Under the pieces are notes generated by a model. It made no database searches. It had not been told where the DNA came from and saw nothing but the letters and a program-made list of their open reading frames with translations. A DNA stretch of 64,000 nucleotides from a bacterium (lineage in GTDB: Bacteria; Patescibacteriota; Patescibacteriia; Patescibacteriales; GWE2-39-37). The stretch lies in the NCBI GenBank assembly GCA_037146995.1, contig JBAWWA010000002.1, positions 1,955-65,954 on the forward strand, written 5' to 3'. A program made the position numbers and the translations under genes. The number at the start of each line of letters is the position of its first letter. Position 1 is the first letter of the stretch. Positions 42,166-52,430 of the stretch are shown here, piece by piece.

Positions 42166-42777
42166 TTATTTATATATTTTTTTAAATATTTGATCAAACT
42201 CAAGTAAATTATCCCCCTCATACATAAGCTTTTCTTCTTCTGACAAATCCATGAACGACTTACCTAGAGCGGTATCGATCGTCACAGCACTCATTGGCCA
42301 GCCCTCTTTGTATAATGACCAATTTGGCGTATCTAAAACTTTAAATTCCCTACTCCAGCGCATTACATGTTCAGAGCCATCCGAGGTAACTATAGCACGA
42401 CTTATTTTAAAATAACCTTTTCTATCTTTATCGTTGACTTGTTTCATTTGATCAAGAAAAAAATCAAGCCATTCTCGATCACCAATTTCATCAGAGAATC
42501 GGCCTGCCCAGCGTCTCACCTGCACACCTGGCATATTGCCTAGAGCCGGTATATACATTCCGGCATCATCCGCGAAGCTTGCAACCCCGCTAAGCTTTGC
42601 ATAGTATCTAGCCTTTATTAAAGCGTTTTCCGTTTCATCTAGTCCGTTTTCTTCAACTACACTGCTAATTTTAAAATCATTAAGTGACAATAACTCTAAA
42701 TCAAAACTCGTCAGCAATTTTGAGAAATACTCTAACTTGGCCTTGTTGTGGGTGGCTATCAATAATTTATTCTTCAT
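42166..42777 (-). CDS. Ham1/RdgB-like non-canonical purine NTP pyrophosphatase (tentative)
   Basis: N-terminal LLIATHNKAKLEY matches the (S/T)xNxxKxxE Ham1 signature. About 200 aa. Confidence 0.45.
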   Translation of the reverse strand: MKNKLLIATHNKAKLEYFSKLLTSFDLELLSLNDFKISSVVEENGLDETENALIKARYYAKLSGVASFADDAGMYIPALGNMPGVQVRRWAGRFSDEIGDREWLDFFLDQMKQVNDKDRKGYFKISRAIVTSDGSEHVMRWSREFKVLDTPNWSLYKEGWPMSAVTIDTALGKSFMDLSEEEKLMYEGDNLLEFDQIFKKIYK

Positions 42778-43014
42778 TCTGATTACAACTTCTAGCTATT
42801 AAATTTAATAAAAGTCCCGTCCTGATAACACAAAAAAATGCATTACCGGGACGGGACTTTTTTATAAAAATGTCTCGCGGTTCCACCCAGATTCCTATTA
42901 CAAAAATAGGCTACTTTTTATCGATTTAGGATTAACAGCCAAATGGCTTCATGGTTGGTAGCCATGACAATCATCGATTTTTTAAACTTTACTTGATTTT
43001 ACTCACCATGTCAA

Positions 43015-44598
43015 CTATTGTATTTGTTCAACCGGTGTAATTTTTATTCTATCTGTATAGGAAGGTACTTTGCCAATAAATCCAGGAATAAATGTAACTT
43101 TAAAGCTAGCCACATCTGGCAAGCTCGATAGATAATTTTTTAACTGATCAGCGCTTAAACCAACCAATTTTGACTTATCAATGACTGAAGGATTCTTTGC
43201 TACAACTGTACCTGAATAGCCGATATTGACCGTTGCACTATTATTGTAAACATCATATGTGCCTAGCTCATAAGTAACTTCTTTGTCATTAAACCCTAGG
43301 AGTAGCTTATTCTCCGGCACGGCTGAGTTTAATTGCATTTCAGCTATTTTTTTGGCATCAGCTTCGTTAAAAGCAATGACAGCAACTTTTATCGTGGCGG
43401 TTACCTTGAATTTATCCATCTCTTCACCTACTTTGGCAACTGCACTAGTCACGATCGAAGCATCATCAATTTTAAATAAAACTTTTGAATACTGAGTATT
43501 ATACGTGGGAACAATTTCATTTTCAGCCTTAATTGTTACCGCCTTTTTAACAACTTCAATCGCTCCATCCAAATCAGCTTGAGTTACTGTGTGCTTGATT
43601 GTCTCCTTGTATTTTATGTCTTCAATAGCTTCTGCATAAATCTTATCCTGGATTCCCGCCCACAAGCCTGGGATATTAAGTCTAGTGCCAAGTGGTACGT
43701 TTATGGCACTGTCAGCCTTGTCAGCATAAACTTGAACTTCGACTGATCCGCCGGCTGGTACATTAACAGTATTCTTTATCCTGAGCAGTTGGTTATTGGT
43801 CGATAATAATCTGGTTGAGGCAACTAGCGGTTGATTCCTAACATAATTATTAACTAACTTGACTGTGCCCGTTACATCCTGTCCCAGAGACTCAACACCG
43901 GTAGTTGGAATTTCTTCAGTTTGATAGATTTCAACCTCCTTAACTACGCCTATAACGCTAGTTGTACTCGAGGCCACCTGGCTACCACTTACGGTCAATA
44001 CCGAGCTACCCTTTAACTCGCCCTTACTCATGACAACTGCAATATCAACTTTCACAAGTGAAAAATAAAAAATGGCTGCCAATAAAAAGCCAGTTAAAAT
44101 CACAAACGAAACTGAAATTTTTCTATAGATATTAAATGACCGGCCGTGTAAATTCTTAAAATCAATTTTCTCATCCAAGTCATACTGACGAACTTTTGAC
44201 TCAACAGCACTCGATTCATCTTTTTGACTGGCCTTTAAGCGCTCAATCGTACTTGAGACTTTACTGGTTCTATTGTCTTTTTCTAAAGCCGATTCTATTA
44301 AAACCTTTTTTGGTGCAACTTCATCCAATACATCAACTTCTTCTGAATTATCAACACTTACCTGTTGACGCAAATCAAGCATACTGCCGCTGGTTAGATT
44401 ACCATGAATTTTTTTAATCTCGATAACCTTTCTTGATGATGAAATTACCGGCTTTTTTACCTCAGCTGGTGCTTGCTTAACAATCTTTTTAGGCTTTGCT
44501 TTTGGCTTAGCCACCGCTGACCCCTTGGCAGATGTTGTTTTTTTAACCACCTTTAGTGACATATTTACTCCTTTAATAATATATCCATATAATACCAA
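43015..44598 (-). CDS. membrane-anchored hypothetical protein with Lys/Ala/Pro-rich N-terminal tail
   Basis: N-terminal KPKAKPKKIVKQAPAEVKKP low-complexity basic region. Single TM (VSFVILTGFLLAAIFYF). Large extracytoplasmic domain. No family recognised. Confidence 0.5.
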   Translation of the reverse strand: MVLYGYIIKGVNMSLKVVKKTTSAKGSAVAKPKAKPKKIVKQAPAEVKKPVISSSRKVIEIKKIHGNLTSGSMLDLRQQVSVDNSEEVDVLDEVAPKKVLIESALEKDNRTSKVSSTIERLKASQKDESSAVESKVRQYDLDEKIDFKNLHGRSFNIYRKISVSFVILTGFLLAAIFYFSLVKVDIAVVMSKGELKGSSVLTVSGSQVASSTTSVIGVVKEVEIYQTEEIPTTGVESLGQDVTGTVKLVNNYVRNQPLVASTRLLSTNNQLLRIKNTVNVPAGGSVEVQVYADKADSAINVPLGTRLNIPGLWAGIQDKIYAEAIEDIKYKETIKHTVTQADLDGAIEVVKKAVTIKAENEIVPTYNTQYSKVLFKIDDASIVTSAVAKVGEEMDKFKVTATIKVAVIAFNEADAKKIAEMQLNSAVPENKLLLGFNDKEVTYELGTYDVYNNSATVNIGYSGTVVAKNPSVIDKSKLVGLSADQLKNYLSSLPDVASFKVTFIPGFIGKVPSYTDRIKITPVEQIQ

Positions 44599-44614
44599 TT
44601 TTAGAACATTATGT

Positions 44615-47600
44615 CTACGCTACTACCTCAACCTTATCGCCGCACTTTTCTTTGATTGCCATTTTTAGATTGTCGTCATTTTTAACCCTAAAACCCGTCT
44701 CTACTATACTAGCCTTGCCATTCTGACTAACCTTGAAATACACCTTTTCATTTCCAACGGCAGTCACTAACACCTCTCTTAGGCCAGTCATCACATCTGG
44801 CGTGCAATCACTAGCTAAAATTAATTTCAAGGGATTAGAAGTTACAGGTTTTGAAGCAGTGTTATTGCTTACCGTGCTATTATCCTGCGGCCTTGGTTTA
44901 AATTTTCGACTCTTTACCATTTCAGGCGCATTGCGAAAATTATTAAAATCTTCAACCGCTGTCTCCAAATTTAAAATAGCTACTTTATTGACCAATAATT
45001 TGGTTTCCTGATCTTTATCAGACACACGTCCAGTTATTAGAATAGCTCTACCATCAACCCACAAATCAGCTGTTTGCTTCAAAAGACTTGGAAAAATCAA
45101 TAACTCAGTCGAATCATTTTGATCTTCAACCTTTACAAATAACATCGTATCATTTGACCGGGTTTGTATTTTTTTAATCGTCGAAATAATGCCACCAGTT
45201 ACAATATCGGAATCGCGAGAAACGGTTCGTAATCTCCTGATAGGAATTATTTGCTGACCGATAATTTTATGGAACTCGCCAAAAGGATGCTCAGAGAGAT
45301 ACAAGCCAAGCAGTTCTTTTTCCCAGGAAAGCTTTTCCTGCTGACTAAAAGTGCCAGTCTTATCGAGCCTGACCTTTTGTTTTTGCATAATACTCGGCGT
45401 TGCCGCAAAGAGGCTGGTCTGCGCAATATTTGTGGTTTTACCAACGTCCTTATTGAACGCTAACAAGTTATCCATATTCGACAGAAATATTCCCCGATCC
45501 CCCCATGAATCAAAGGCGCCACACTTTACCAAGCTCTCAAGCGATTTCTTATTCATGTTCTTGTCTTTCACCCTTTCTAGCAAGTCAGAGACATCAAGAT
45601 AAGGACCGTTAGCTTGCCTTTCTGCTACAACCACCTCAGCAATGTGACCACCGAAATTCTTGATCGCTTTTAAGCCAAACCTGATTGTTTTAATTTCAGC
45701 TGCACTATCATCCTTGTTGACCACCACAGTAAAGGTGTCAAAAGACTCATTAATATCAGGTGGCAAGACCTCAATACCCATCTTTCTTGCCTCTTCAATC
45801 TCAATTGATATCCTATCAGAATCACCTTGATCAGAAACCATCAAAGCCGCCATAAATTCAGCCGGCCAATTAGCCTTGAGATAGGCGGTCTGATAACCAA
45901 TGATAGCATAACAAGCAGCATGACTACGATTAAAACCGTAACCAGCAAAAGGCTCAATAAAGGCAAAGATTTGGGCTGCTAAATCAGAGTTAATGCCGTT
46001 TTTAACACAGCCGTTAATAAACTTCTCTTTTTGCTCACCGAGCAATTTGACAATCTTTTTACCCACCGCTTTGCGCAGCACATCTGCCTCGCCCATTGTA
46101 AAACCGGCCAAATCACGAGCCATCTGCATAACTTGCTCCTGATATATAGCTACACCATAAGTCACTCCCAAAATCGGTTCTAGTTTCGGATGCAGATATT
46201 CCGGTTTTTTCTTACCGTTTTTGCCGGCAATATAATCCGGAATCCACTCCATCGGACCTGGGCGGTAAAGCGCTACCATAGCGATTATATCCTCAATGTC
46301 GGTAGATTTGAGTTCTCGCAAATAACGCTTCATACCAGAACTTTCAAATTGAAAGACGCCAGTTGTTTCACCATCCTGAAACAACTTAAAAGCCTTCTTA
46401 TCATCAAGGGGAATGTCATCTATATCAATCTCAATACCACGTGTATTTTTTATAATCTTGATAGCCGACTCAATGATGGTTAGATTTTTTAGACCCAAAA
46501 AGTCCATCTTAAGTAAGCCCAGATCTTCAACCGGATGCAGCGAATATTGCGAAACGATATTTTGATCAGCACTGGAGGCGTATTGCACCGGAGCATATTC
46601 TGTGATTGGATCACGAGTGATTAAGACACCACAAGCATGGGTTGAGGCATGTCTAACGCAACCCTCCAAACGTATGGCATAGTCAATTAAAACTTTCGCG
46701 CTCTCGTCATTTTTATAAATATCCTTAAACTCCGTAACATCACTCAAGGCATCTTTAATATTCGAAAACTGCGGAATCATTTTCGCCAAACGGTCGCAAA
46801 ATTCATAAGGATAATCAAGAACCCTGCCAACATCACGGACTGCTGCCCTAGCAGCCATAGTTCCGAAAGTAATAATCTGCGCCACATGATCCTGACCATA
46901 TTTTTCCGCTACATATTTAAGTACATCGTCTCGGCGAATATCTGAAAAATCAGTATCAATATCAGGCATCGAAATACGTTCAGGATTAAGGAACCGTTCA
47001 AACAAAAGATTGTATTTAATCGGATCCAAATTCGTGATACCAATAAGATAACAAACCAGCGAACCAGCCGCTGAGCCACGGCCAGGACCAACAACTACGC
47101 CGTTATCCTTGGCCCAATTAATAAAATCGGAAACGATCAAAAAGTACGAGGGCCAACCCATGCGCTCCACAACTGAAATTTCATAATCCAAACGCTCTCT
47201 GATAACGGGTGCCACCTTATCGTAATTCAGTCCATAACGTTTTATTACCCCATCCTTACACCAATCAATTAAAACTTCCATTTCGCTCTTACCCACTGGC
47301 ACAGGAAAAACCGGCAAGGATATTTCACCCAGCGGTATCTCAAGGTCACACATCTCAGCAATCTTGACCGTGTTTTCCAATGCCTCAGGTACATGGGAAA
47401 AAACCGCCTTCATCTCCTCTTCACTTTTATAAAAATAATCACGACCATGCATCTCCATGCGGTCTTTGTCATTCTTTTTCTTTTTGGTTTGCATGCATAG
47501 CAAAACATCTTGTGCGTCGTAATCAGATGCCTTGATGTAGTGCAAGTCGTTAGTTGCCACCAGCGGGATGTTCATCTCTTTGGACAAGATGATTAATTTA

Positions 47601-48163
47601 TCATTCATAGCCGCCTGCCCCTCCAACTCCGGATGATCTTGTAATTCAAGAAAATAATTACCCTGACCAAATACTTCATTGTATTCTAGTATTCTTTGCT
47701 TTGCCCTTTCTAATTTACCAGATTCGATCAAGCGCGGAATCTCGCCACCCAGACAAGCCGAACAAGCAATCAGACCTTCGCTGTGCTTTTTTAACAACTC
47801 CCAGTCAATCCTGGGCTTGTAATAATAACCCTCTAAATGCGCAGCTGAAACCAACTTTAAGAGATTTTTATAACCGGTAAAATTTTTCGCAAGTAATAAA
47901 AGATGATAATTAGCCGCATCCTCACGCGTTAGTTTTTGATGCAAGCTCACCGGGGCCAAATACGTCTCCACCCCAACAATCGGTTTTATGCCTTCTTTCT
48001 TGCATTTTTGATAAAACTCGATAATACCATACATTGAGCCGTGATCAGTTAAAGCAACGGCCGGTGCGCCATCCTCTTTGGCGCGCAAAACTAGCTCATC
48101 AATTTTTGTCAAACCATCAAGCAAGCTGTAGTGCGAATGTACATGTAAGTGGACAAAAGACAT
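44615..48163 (-). CDS. dnaE: DNA polymerase III alpha subunit
   Basis: N-terminal PHP domain MSFVHLHVHSHYSLLDG, polymerase core, OB fold. 1182 aa. Confidence 0.95.
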   Translation of the reverse strand: MSFVHLHVHSHYSLLDGLTKIDELVLRAKEDGAPAVALTDHGSMYGIIEFYQKCKKEGIKPIVGVETYLAPVSLHQKLTREDAANYHLLLLAKNFTGYKNLLKLVSAAHLEGYYYKPRIDWELLKKHSEGLIACSACLGGEIPRLIESGKLERAKQRILEYNEVFGQGNYFLELQDHPELEGQAAMNDKLIILSKEMNIPLVATNDLHYIKASDYDAQDVLLCMQTKKKKNDKDRMEMHGRDYFYKSEEEMKAVFSHVPEALENTVKIAEMCDLEIPLGEISLPVFPVPVGKSEMEVLIDWCKDGVIKRYGLNYDKVAPVIRERLDYEISVVERMGWPSYFLIVSDFINWAKDNGVVVGPGRGSAAGSLVCYLIGITNLDPIKYNLLFERFLNPERISMPDIDTDFSDIRRDDVLKYVAEKYGQDHVAQIITFGTMAARAAVRDVGRVLDYPYEFCDRLAKMIPQFSNIKDALSDVTEFKDIYKNDESAKVLIDYAIRLEGCVRHASTHACGVLITRDPITEYAPVQYASSADQNIVSQYSLHPVEDLGLLKMDFLGLKNLTIIESAIKIIKNTRGIEIDIDDIPLDDKKAFKLFQDGETTGVFQFESSGMKRYLRELKSTDIEDIIAMVALYRPGPMEWIPDYIAGKNGKKKPEYLHPKLEPILGVTYGVAIYQEQVMQMARDLAGFTMGEADVLRKAVGKKIVKLLGEQKEKFINGCVKNGINSDLAAQIFAFIEPFAGYGFNRSHAACYAIIGYQTAYLKANWPAEFMAALMVSDQGDSDRISIEIEEARKMGIEVLPPDINESFDTFTVVVNKDDSAAEIKTIRFGLKAIKNFGGHIAEVVVAERQANGPYLDVSDLLERVKDKNMNKKSLESLVKCGAFDSWGDRGIFLSNMDNLLAFNKDVGKTTNIAQTSLFAATPSIMQKQKVRLDKTGTFSQQEKLSWEKELLGLYLSEHPFGEFHKIIGQQIIPIRRLRTVSRDSDIVTGGIISTIKKIQTRSNDTMLFVKVEDQNDSTELLIFPSLLKQTADLWVDGRAILITGRVSDKDQETKLLVNKVAILNLETAVEDFNNFRNAPEMVKSRKFKPRPQDNSTVSNNTASKPVTSNPLKLILASDCTPDVMTGLREVLVTAVGNEKVYFKVSQNGKASIVETGFRVKNDDNLKMAIKEKCGDKVEVVA

Positions 48164-48281
48164 AATAAGTATAAAAAAGAAAGAAAAGGCAAATCTGCCC
48201 CTTTAAATAAATACATTATAAAGCAATTTTTTAAAATCCGCAAAGACTTTTTTAAAAGAATTTTTTAAGCTTAAAAATACA

Positions 48282-48308
48282 AAAAAACCACCCGAAGGTG
48301 GTTTTTTC
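48282..48308 (-). terminator. rho-independent terminator after parB
   Basis: AAAAAAACCACC-cgaa-GGTGGTTTTTT. T-run on the minus strand follows the parB stop. Confidence 0.6.
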
Positions 48309-49180
48309 TATGACATTTTCAAGATTATATTTTGCAGCTCTTCGTCATCGTAAAAATGAATAACGATCTCACCACCCTTAGCCTTGCGTCTAATTTCAGC
48401 CCTAGCCTGCAAGGCCTCACGTATAGCGAATTCTTTGTCTTTGTCTTGATAATTTATTTTTACCCGCTGTTGTTTCGTGCCTCCCATTTCCCGCGTTTCT
48501 TTAGTTGTATCGGCAACGCTCAAACTTCCATGAACTATTTTTCGATATAGACCCATTTGCTTGACCTCACCCTCAAGACCCAAAATAACCTTAGCATGAC
48601 CCTCTGTTATATTGCCCTCCATTAGACCTAGCTGTATTTCATCCGGCAAAGTCAATAAGCGCAGTGAATTAGCGACCGACGGTCTGGCTTTGCCAACTCG
48701 CTTAGCCAAATCATCCTGGGTCATACGAAAATCATTGAGCAGCTTTTGATAGGCTACAGCCGTCTCGATTGGATTCAACTCGGAACGTTGGATATTTTCA
48801 ATCAAGGCGATTTCTTGCTTATCCTGTTCACTGGCTTCCCTGACAATGACCGGGATTTTCAATAGACCCAGTTCTTTGGCTGAACGTAAACGACGTTCAC
48901 CGGCAATTAATTGAAATTGATTTTCATTAATCTTGGTCACAATCAAGGGCTGAATAATCCCATGAATACGAATTGACTCAACTAAATCATGAAGATCTCG
49001 CTCCTTGAATTGCTTGCGAGGCTGAAAGGGATTAACTTCAATCTGGTCTGGAGAGACTTGCAATATTCGATCTTTTTCGTCAATCGTGGTCGTGTTAATT
49101 ATGGTATCACCAGTCGGTGAAACCACGCGCATAACTTTTTTTGGTATTAAGGAGTCTAGCCCCCTGCCTAATCCAGACAT
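48308..49180 (-). CDS. parB: chromosome partitioning protein ParB
   Basis: ParB box GERRLRSAKELG. HTH. 290 aa. Downstream of parA. Confidence 0.9.
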   Translation of the reverse strand: MSGLGRGLDSLIPKKVMRVVSPTGDTIINTTTIDEKDRILQVSPDQIEVNPFQPRKQFKERDLHDLVESIRIHGIIQPLIVTKINENQFQLIAGERRLRSAKELGLLKIPVIVREASEQDKQEIALIENIQRSELNPIETAVAYQKLLNDFRMTQDDLAKRVGKARPSVANSLRLLTLPDEIQLGLMEGNITEGHAKVILGLEGEVKQMGLYRKIVHGSLSVADTTKETREMGGTKQQRVKINYQDKDKEFAIREALQARAEIRRKAKGGEIVIHFYDDEELQNIILKMS

Positions 49181-49224
49181 AGATTATTAATTAATATTAA
49201 TTACTTCGAATTTAAAATTTAAAT

Positions 49225-50025
49225 TTAACCAAAACTTATACCAAAACCGCCTGAACTACTCCCTAGCTCGAGATCAATAACCTCTCTAGCTAATTTCTCA
49301 TAAGCCTTCCCACCCTTTGAACTCGCGTCATAGTGAAGAATTGAACGACCGTAAGACGGAGATTCCGCCAATTTCACGTTCCGTGGCACAACTGTTCTAA
49401 AAATTCTATTTGGAAAATGTTTATATAATTCTTCCATAACCGAATCCGAGAGTTTATTGCGCTTATCAAACATCGTAATGACTGCCCCCATGATACCAAG
49501 CTCAGGCTTCAAATTAGCCTGAACTAGGCCAATCGTATTTAAAAGCTGACTCAGGCCTTCCAAGGCATAATACTCGCTTTGAATCGGTATCAAGACCTCA
49601 TCAGCCGCCACCAAACTATTAATCGTCAAAAGTCCCAAAGACGGTGGACCATCAATAATAATATAGTCATACTCGTCTTTTATTTCTGACAGTATTTTTT
49701 GCAACCGATATTCACGTTCATCCATATGCACTAGATCGATACCTGCTCCGGCCAGTGACAAAGTGGCTGGTGCAACACGAAAACGATCCTGCATGGTGCG
49801 CTTGATAATATCAACCATGGTTTTTTGACCAACCAAGGCCTCATAGACGCCGTGCTCTAAGTCCCGATGTTCAATACCAAGACCTGAAGTGGCATTGGCC
49901 TGCGGATCAATATCAACAAGCAGTACTTCCTTGCCTAAATGTGCCAAAAAAGCCCCCAAATTGACCGCTGTGGTGGTTTTTCCTACGCCCCCTTTCTGAT
50001 TGACGACTGATATAATTTTGCCCAT
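49225..50025 (-). CDS. parA: chromosome partitioning ATPase ParA/Soj
   Basis: Deviant Walker A KGGVGKTTTAVNL. 266 aa. Confidence 0.9.
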   Translation of the reverse strand: MGKIISVVNQKGGVGKTTTAVNLGAFLAHLGKEVLLVDIDPQANATSGLGIEHRDLEHGVYEALVGQKTMVDIIKRTMQDRFRVAPATLSLAGAGIDLVHMDEREYRLQKILSEIKDEYDYIIIDGPPSLGLLTINSLVAADEVLIPIQSEYYALEGLSQLLNTIGLVQANLKPELGIMGAVITMFDKRNKLSDSVMEELYKHFPNRIFRTVVPRNVKLAESPSYGRSILHYDASSKGGKAYEKLAREVIDLELGSSSGGFGISFG

Positions 50026-50094
50026 AATTGGCTAAAAAATGGCTAGTCTAGCTAGTCAGAATTAATAACCTTATTATAACCGAAAAAGAACCCT

Positions 50095-50123
50095 TTGACA
50101 ATTTATTTCAACTTCCCTATAAT
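50095..50123 (+). promoter_or_regulatory. consensus sigma70 promoter, probably driving tRNA-Leu
   Basis: TTGACA, 17-nt spacer, TATAAT (perfect hexamers). About 80 nt upstream of the tRNA. Confidence 0.55.
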
Positions 50124-50205
50124 ATTCTCATAACTAGCGAAAAGGCTGGTTTTAAATTTGCTATATATAAAAGGTTTAAAAACTTCAATATTAAAGCAAG
50201 GTGGC

Positions 50206-50289
50206 GCCGTGGTGGTGGAATTGGTATACGCAGGAGACTCAAAATCTCCCGGTCGCAAGGCCTTGAGGGTTCGAGTCCCTCCCGCGGCA
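50206..50289 (+). tRNA. tRNA-Leu (anticodon CAA), type II
   Basis: Acceptor GCCGTGG/CCGCGGC with a G-U pair, anticodon stem GGAGA/TCTCC with loop CTCAAAA, long variable arm, T-arm GAGGG-TTCGAGT-CCCTC, discriminator A. Confidence 0.8.
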
Positions 50290-50300
50290 CAAATAAAAAA

Positions 50301-50326
50301 AGAACTGACGAAAGTCGGTTCTTTTC
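50301..50326 (+). terminator. rho-independent terminator after tRNA-Leu
   Basis: AGAACTGAC-gaaa-GTCGGTTCT then TTTT. Confidence 0.6.
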
Positions 50327-50388
50327 GTATTTTGTGCTATTGAGAAAGGGACGAGAAGTTTATGCCGCGTAGCTTAAGCGAAGTGGCA

Positions 50389-50440
50389 AGTCCCTCCCGC
50401 GGCACAAATAAAAAAAGAACTGACGAAAGTCGGTTCTTTT
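50389..50440. repeat. 52-nt perfect direct repeat of tRNA-Leu 3' end plus terminator
   Basis: 50274-50325 is repeated exactly at 50389-50440. The second copy lacks the 5' two-thirds of the tRNA. Confidence 0.75.
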
Positions 50441-50502
50441 TGTTTATGTATTGCTAAGAAAAATGAATATTTATTTCTACACTAACTATTTACACTAAAA
50501 AA

Positions 50503-52302
50503 CTAAAATTTCCAAATTAACCATCCAGGTCCTGGATTTATTAATTGAACAACTGATGCCATCATCACTCCAGGCGCTGCCTCTATCATAATTTCAAACT
50601 CCGAAAACCTAGAATCTACAAATTTAGACTTTGCTGTTTTTAGTGACTTTGCCGTATCTATTCTTGCGTTATCAATGGAAAATAATTTAATGTAGTCCTG
50701 CTCACGTGAGATGCCTTGTTCATCGAAGAAAGATACATATTTCAACGCTGTTTCAATGTCTTTGGAGTCTAGCGCCTCTGCCATCTTTTCCAATGCCTCT
50801 TGAGGTGTTTTTGAATATATTCGAGTATTTTCAATTCTTTTAGAAAATTCTTCAGCTTTAATAATTTCTTTATCTACTGCTACAGACTCGATCAATGCCT
50901 CATTACAATCTGCACGATATATTGATAACACATCACTGCCATATACAATGCCAATATTATCAATAAATATCATATCACTTAAAATTACCCCCCAATTATA
51001 TAATCCTAGTTTTTTTGCAATTTTCCAACTAATGGCGCCGTTATTAGTTTCAAAGATGTAGCCGCCACCAAATAAATATCCATTCATTTTATCTTTAAAA
51101 TATACCTTTAAGTAATTATTAAGTGCATTCTCAACACTTAACATTTTCTTATCTTCGTCGAATTTTTCTACATTATTTATAATTTCAAGACCAATCCAGT
51201 TCTTTCCGCCATCGATAGTTTTCAATATTTTATGCTTATTATACATAAAGCCAACTTGACTATCTACAAAGAATATATTCTTCAATTGTGTCGTCGTACT
51301 ATATATCTCATTCCAAGACAAACCACCATCAACCGTACTCCAAATCTTATCAGACGTATCAAGACCATTATTTACTGACTCGCCCTTACCGTAAGCCCAT
51401 CCTTCATTATCGTTAATAAAAAACAAGCCATTTATTTCATGGAATATATTACTATCGTGCAATGCCCAATTATCGCCTCCATCATCGGTTTTATAAAGAA
51501 GGTCGTTATTTTTATAATTAGTACTTCCCATTATTAACCACCCTTTTTTTGAATCCAAAAAATAAAATTTTTTCACTGACATATGATTAGAAGCTGGAAG
51601 CCACATTTTTTCCACCCAAGTATTCCCACTATCATATGTTTTTAATACATATTGCCCTTCTTCTTTTGTAATTTCACCAGGTTGCCTTAAACCGCCATTA
51701 CTAACAGTAAGTGCAGAAAGCCAATTTTTTTCATCTAAGAAATGAGTCACTGGCCGTAATTCAGTGCTGCCCTTCCACTCGATTTTTGAAATATCCAACC
51801 AATTGATGCCGCCATCAATTGTTTTATGCAAACCACCTTCTTGATCTGCAGCAAAGCCAACTCTATCATTAATAAACTGAATAATTGTGTATCCTATTGG
51901 TAGGTCAATATTTTTCCAATGACTCACCTCAGTGGAGGCTGAAAGAGATGTAGTACTACAACCTAAAACTTGATTATTGATTTTATTAGTAATTGCAATT
52001 TCTTCTTTTTTATTTACACTACTATTAACATCACCAACCTGAATATTCTTATAATTATTCTTCTTGATATTTATGTAAGTATAAATACCTATAGTTGTAA
52101 AAACAAATACAATAATAACAACCAATAATACCTGCTTATTTGTTGCTGCTTTTTTATGTTTCGATGATAAATCTATTTCATTTATACATTCCTCAATTTC
52201 AGAAACAGACCAACTTTTCGACAGGTCGGCTTGCACTTCTGGATATTCTTTGCCAGATTTAAGTTGTTGATTTATAACATCTATGAGTTGTTTGTTTATC
52301 AT
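50503..52302 (-). CDS. membrane-anchored BNR/Asp-box repeat beta-propeller protein (Ycf48/sialidase-like fold)
   Basis: N-terminal TM. Six or more S/T-x-D-G-G-x-x-W Asp-box motifs (TIDGGINW, TYDSGNTW, TDDGGDNW, TVDGGLSW, TIDGGKNW, TNNGAISW). Confidence 0.6.
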   Translation of the reverse strand: MINKQLIDVINQQLKSGKEYPEVQADLSKSWSVSEIEECINEIDLSSKHKKAATNKQVLLVVIIVFVFTTIGIYTYINIKKNNYKNIQVGDVNSSVNKKEEIAITNKINNQVLGCSTTSLSASTEVSHWKNIDLPIGYTIIQFINDRVGFAADQEGGLHKTIDGGINWLDISKIEWKGSTELRPVTHFLDEKNWLSALTVSNGGLRQPGEITKEEGQYVLKTYDSGNTWVEKMWLPASNHMSVKKFYFLDSKKGWLIMGSTNYKNNDLLYKTDDGGDNWALHDSNIFHEINGLFFINDNEGWAYGKGESVNNGLDTSDKIWSTVDGGLSWNEIYSTTTQLKNIFFVDSQVGFMYNKHKILKTIDGGKNWIGLEIINNVEKFDEDKKMLSVENALNNYLKVYFKDKMNGYLFGGGYIFETNNGAISWKIAKKLGLYNWGVILSDMIFIDNIGIVYGSDVLSIYRADCNEALIESVAVDKEIIKAEEFSKRIENTRIYSKTPQEALEKMAEALDSKDIETALKYVSFFDEQGISREQDYIKLFSIDNARIDTAKSLKTAKSKFVDSRFSEFEIMIEAAPGVMMASVVQLINPGPGWLIWKF

Positions 52303-52430
52303 ATTTTCTATCGCATATTATTTTATAATTTGAGGAAAAGTACTCTTCTAGTTTTAAAAAAGTAAAACTTGAAATCCACACAAAAAAACAAAATTTACAT
52401 AATTTTTAGATAAACTTCACATTAACCCTG

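Noticed and set aside
42778-43014. Long AT-rich intergenic region with several hairpins (AGTCCCGTCC...GGACGGGACT, CATGG-N7-CCATG), considered as a possible small RNA or riboswitch
   Set aside because: No recognisable riboswitch consensus. The hairpins are adequately explained as a terminator for the upstream minus-strand gene plus a promoter region. A non-coding RNA cannot be confirmed without covariance data.
50158-50343. 61-aa ORF in the track (MLYIKGLKTSILKQGGAVVV...)
   Set aside because: It lies entirely over the tRNA-Leu gene and its terminator, so it is an artefact of translating a tRNA.
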